A stretch of 63,224 nt of DNA, counting the filler, from Guillardia theta CCMP2712 (Eukaryota > Protista > Cryptophyta), in NCBI RefSeq assembly GCF_000315625.1. It is 6 parts of 6 records of this genome, joined end to end, with 100 filler letters (N's around TTAATTAATTAA, not from the genome) between each part and the next. Parts side by side here need not be neighbours in the genome. Positions count along the whole stretch, not along the records: positions 54,289 to 58,572 come from NW_005434157.1; positions 58,673 to 62,032 come from NW_005434107.1; positions 62,133 to 63,224 come from NW_005434025.1; 3 more parts are not named here. The stretch is one strand, 5' to 3'. Positions within the stretch are counted from its first letter, which is position 1. Every line of letters starts with the position of its first letter. A model generated the notes under the pieces. It did no database searches and was not told the origin of the DNA. It saw only the letters and a program-made list of their open reading frames with translations. Below are positions 58,081 through 63,224 of this stretch, in pieces. The position numbers were made by a program, and so were the translations under genes.

Positions 58081-59422
58081 TAGAGGATCCTGAAGGAGAG
58101 AGGAGGAGAGAGACAGAAGGAGAGGGAAGGGGAGGGAGAGAGGGAGGGAGAGAGAGAGAGAAAGAAAACGTCAATACGAATCAAAACGAAAAGATGACGT
58201 CCAATCCCTCAGGGTTGTGTTGACTTAGACGAGATCCTCTATCATTTGAACCACTCGCCCCTCCATCATCCTTGCCGTCTTGCTACTTCATGTGCTTGAT
58301 CTGGTCTTCTACAATCAGCAACTTCTGCTCCTTGATATTCGTATTTCTCTCTTCCTCTCCTTCTCTTTCCTGCTAGAGCACTGATTCCCATCCTACATCC
58401 AATCATTCCTCTAGCAAGTGTTCCCTTTTCCTCCTCTATCTCCTCCTATGCCCCCTCCTCCTCCTGTTCTCCCTCCTCTCCCTCCTCTCCCTCCTCTCCC
58501 TCCTCTCCCTCCTCCCTCCTCTCCCTCCCTCCTCTTCCTCCTCCCTCCTCTTCCTCCTCCTCCTCCTCCTCCNNNNNNNNNNNNNNNNNNNNNNNNNNNN
58601 NNNNNNNNNNNNNNNNTTAATTAATTAANNNNNNNNNNNNNNNNNNNNNNNNNNNNNNNNNNNNNNNNNNNNTAGTACTAAATCAGAGCTCAATCAAAGC
58701 TTTCGTACGGGGCTTTTATCATTTTAACAGAGTTACAACCAGCTCTCCACCTACCCATTTTCCCTTCCAAACAGGGGTGGCTCGGCTACAACTCCCTAAA
58801 GTACCCCACCCACTTCCTCTAATCAAAGCTAGGGGTGTTGCGTCCGTCTGCTCGCATTTCGTTTCCTCTCGGGCGCAAGCGTTTGCTACACACTCTCACG
58901 TTCAGCCGTCCTCAAACAACGAGTGAAAATCATCATTGACACTTATCACCTCTCATTACCTCCTGCATACTGCTCTCTCACGCCCTTGCCCCTCTCCTAC
59001 AACCACTCCTCTCTTTCCCATCCTGCGTTATCGATCCCTTGGTAAAGCCACAGCACTTTTCCACTTTACGGGCAGAATTTCGACCTGAGCATGCTCCTGA
59101 TGGCATTGTAAATATAACAGTCTGAAAACTGTTTTACATCAATCGGCGACCATCGAGGCGTGATCTCCGGCGCGACTCCTCCCTGTGTCTTCCCCTTCTA
59201 CTTTTTCTTCCTCCTTCTCTTCTCTTTCTATCTCTCACCTTCTACCTCTTTCCCAGCTACCTCTTCTTCCTCCTTCTCTTCTCTTTCTTTCTCTCACCTT
59301 TGTCCTTCGCCTCTCATCCACTTTCATCTGTCTCCTTCCCTGGTTAGAAGCAAAGCGGGAGGCGAGTGCGGAGGAATGGTTGTGAGCACGAGAATACCTC
59401 TATCTGCCTTTCCTGCTTGACT

Positions 59423-60551
59423 ATGGTGTCTGGAGCTGCGACAGACCAGGCCAATGTGAGCCTGCAAGAGCTGAAAGATGCAGAAGCGCGAATCATGGCA
59501 CTCTCAATCGTTTCGACGGCGTTTTTCTTAGCTGCTGGACTTCTTTTTGGCTCAATCCAAACAACAATCTGAGGCCGTCGCAAGGGACAGATGCAGACAA
59601 CAACGGCGAATCTTCCAGTGAGAATATGGTGTGCATAGTGCCGCATAGAACATATCAGCAATCAGTTGACTTGGCGCCCAAGGACTACCTCGTCATCACA
59701 TCTTGGTGCCTGGCTTTGTTCGCCTACACCTTCAAACAGAGGAAATCATTCCATGACATCTACTTGGCGATCTTCTTCACCCTGCTGGCTTTCATCCTCA
59801 TCAAGTCGCCCAAGAGGAGGCGGAAGAAGGGTCTCGGCAGCACTCGTCTCCAGAGGAATCCGAGCTGGCAAGGCAGCGACACCAGCTCCAAGCACAGCAG
59901 AAGCGAATCCGAGATCCAAGAAGACGATGAGTTGGGCCGCGGTTCTTCCAGTGATCTCTTGGCAAGCAGATTGCCGTGGCCAGGTAAGGATGGCAGCAAG
60001 AACAACCTGCTGCGCACTGAGAGCAGCGTTTCTTCGAATGAGTGGAAGTTTGTCTTGGATAGTTTCACACAAGCCCTGGACGAGACGAAGGAGGATATCG
60101 GCTCGAAGTGCAGTGATGTGAAGTGGGCGTATGCTCTATTTTGTACCTTAGTCACCAAGTCCAAGAAGGGGTGAACTCTTTATCCATATGGGTCTTGAAA
60201 GCCAAGCTGGAGGCGGCAAGTTCGGGGAGGGATGCAAGTTTGACTGAGATGCTGAAGACAGAGGAGGTACAGCACGAGATCTCCGATGCAACGATCGTCT
60301 TCGACTTCTGTCAAAGATGGCTGCACCATCTGAATTGGTACCTTGCGGGTCATGAACGGAGGACTCCTTCCTTCGGCGGATCATACCGTACTGGCAGTGG
60401 CTCGAGGTACTGGGCCGATGTTGTCAAGAGAGAGATCGTGAAGAGGGCGTTGAACGATGACATGGTGTGTACGAAGTGCATAGTATCAGCCTACGGCAAC
60501 GAGGGAGAGAGAGAGATGATCAGCTCCTACGCAGAGGACAAGTTGCAGTGA
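59423..60551 (+). CDS. Membrane protein of unknown function (exon structure uncertain)
   Basis: Three consecutive ORF blocks with TM helices; a frame-restoring 44-nt GT-AG intron is possible at 60108-60151. Confidence 0.5.
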
Positions 60552-61093
60552 TGTCTTAACAATAGTTCGTTGAGGTGTATTCAAACTATTGAACCGTCTC
60601 AAAACGATACCACGGGCCGTCAGCTGTCTTCGAACCGTTCATCGTTGCCGCCGACTCCCAGTGCGATATCGCGCCCGGTGGGCCCGGCCGGGCAGTCAGG
60701 CATGATCGTAGCCGCTGCTGTTCAGTGGTGACCGTAGCGTAGTGTGCTTGTTCCGAGTTCGTAGTCAGGTCAGAGTCAAGTTCCAGGTCAAGTTCGTAGT
60801 CGGAGGGTTTCTGGTCTGCCATCTTTCGCGCGGCCCCCCTTTTTCATGGTGCTCCCCTCCTCCTACACCGCTTGATCCCTCGGCTCCCGCTACCAGCCGA
60901 GCTGACCAGCGCCCTCCATACTCCCCACCTGACTCCTCCTCTTCTGCTCTGCGACCTGCTCCTCCGCTACCGCCACCTTCTCTCTCTGACTCCTCCTCTT
61001 CTGCACTGCGACCTGCTCCTCCGCTACCGCCACCTTCTCTCTCTGACTCCTCCTCTGGAGCACACGTCTACCGGCAGCATACCACAGTACCCG

Positions 61094-61958
<865 letters not shown>

Positions 61959-62132
61959 GTGAAGACATGCCTTGTTTGCGCATGTCCCGCCACGTGATGT
62001 TTGACAACAGTGCAGGGGATATGAACTCTGAGNNNNNNNNNNNNNNNNNNNNNNNNNNNNNNNNNNNNNNNNNNNNTTAATTAATTAANNNNNNNNNNNN
62101 NNNNNNNNNNNNNNNNNNNNNNNNNNNNNNNN

Positions 62133-63065
62133 TCTGGAAGCTCTCGAGTCCTGCCAGCCGCTTCCATGACTCGAACTGCTGGGGAAGTCAGAGATGTGGG
62201 GGAGAAGGGAGGGAGGAGGGAGGGAGGAGGGAGGGAGGAGGGAGGGAGGGAGGGAGGGAGGGAGGGAGGAGGGAGGGGGCAGAGGGCAGGAGGGAGGAAA
62301 CAGGTGGAGGGGGCAGAGGGCAGGAGGGAGGAAACAGGTAAGGGGCCCCCCGGGGCGAAGTGGCGTGGAGAAGGAGGTAAAAGAGGGGAAGGGGGAGAGA
62401 TAGGAGGGAAGGAGCTTGAGGGGCAGGTAGAGGAGGGTGGGGGCATAGAGGAGGTAAGGAGGGTAGAGGAGGTAAGAGGGATAGAGGAGGTAAGAGGGAT
62501 AGAGGAGGTAAGGGTGGTGGAGGAGGTAAGGGGGGTAGAGGATGAAGGGTGGTGGAGGAGGTAAGAGGGGTAGAGGAGGTAAGAGGGATAGAGGATGTAA
62601 GAGAGGTAAGGCAGCTGAGGAGGTAAGGAGGGTGAGAGGTAAAGGATGTAGGGGGGGAGGGGTAGAGGCAGCTATGGGAGGGGGTCCGGGCGGAAAGGTG
62701 AGGCCACCTCTTCTTGGAGCTGCTCGAGCGCTTCAGTCTTGTTGTTCAACTTCTTGTTGGCTTGAGAAAGCATCTCCTGCACACATGTGAACAACTGCTG
62801 GTGGTGCTGCTGCTGCTACTGCTGCTTCTTCTGCTGATGCTGCTACTGCTGCTGCTTCTTCTTCTGCTGCTGCTACTGCTTGTTCTTCTTCTTCTTCTTC
62901 TTCTGCTGCTACTGCTGCTGCTGCTACTGCTTGTTCTTCTTCTTCTGCTGCTGCTGGTGCTGCTGCTGCTGCTTCAGACCTCCCCCTTCTGCATCACCTG
63001 AAGGAAATCTCTTTCCCGCATGATCTTCGCAAGCTCTGAATTCTTCGTGTTGTTCTCCTCCACCT
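62133..63065 (-). CDS. Internal exons of a coiled-coil protein (partial)
   Basis: Exons VEENNTKNSELAKIMRERDFLQ and EMLSQANKKLNNKTEALEQLQEE with GT-AG boundaries. Confidence 0.5.
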
Positions 63066-63162
63066 GCAGTGAGTCACGATCATTCCTTGTCTCAACTTCT
63101 CCTCCTCCTCCTCCTCCTCCTCCTCCACCACCACCTATATGTATACCTAGCTATACGTCACC

Positions 63163-63206
<44 letters not shown>

Positions 63207-63224
63207 ATAGATATATATGTAAAT

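Overview
Eukaryotic nuclear DNA from an intron-rich, microsatellite-laden protist genome. Short GT-AG introns, TTTAGGG repeats and bipartite plastid-targeting peptides suggest a cryptophyte such as Guillardia/Hanusia (inference). Five 100-bp N44-TTAATTAATTAA-N44 linkers (21853, 52457, 54189, 58573, 62033) are artificial joins, so the window is six separate contigs. Contigs 1 and 4-6 carry ordinary host genes: RPS10, an NTRC-like thioredoxin, an HA+Tudor protein, an EF-hand+cNMP protein, an FO synthase and several unknowns. Contig 3 is a CRE-like LINE fragment. Contig 2 (21953-52456) is an accessory island. In order it holds a truncated chromovirus inserted in a CDC7 pseudogene fragment, a palindrome/direct-repeat array and decayed RING-like DNA. 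Next is a ~7-kb block of tightly packed intronless ORFans, one with a capping-enzyme/ligase-like fold, that looks like an endogenous large dsDNA virus fragment and ends at a (CCCTAAA)7 telomeric tract. Then come a PD-(D/E)XK-like nuclease gene split by an intact young Ty3/Gypsy chromovirus, and a nearly intronless LRR-ROC-COR-TIR (ROCO) gene flanked by repeat arrays.
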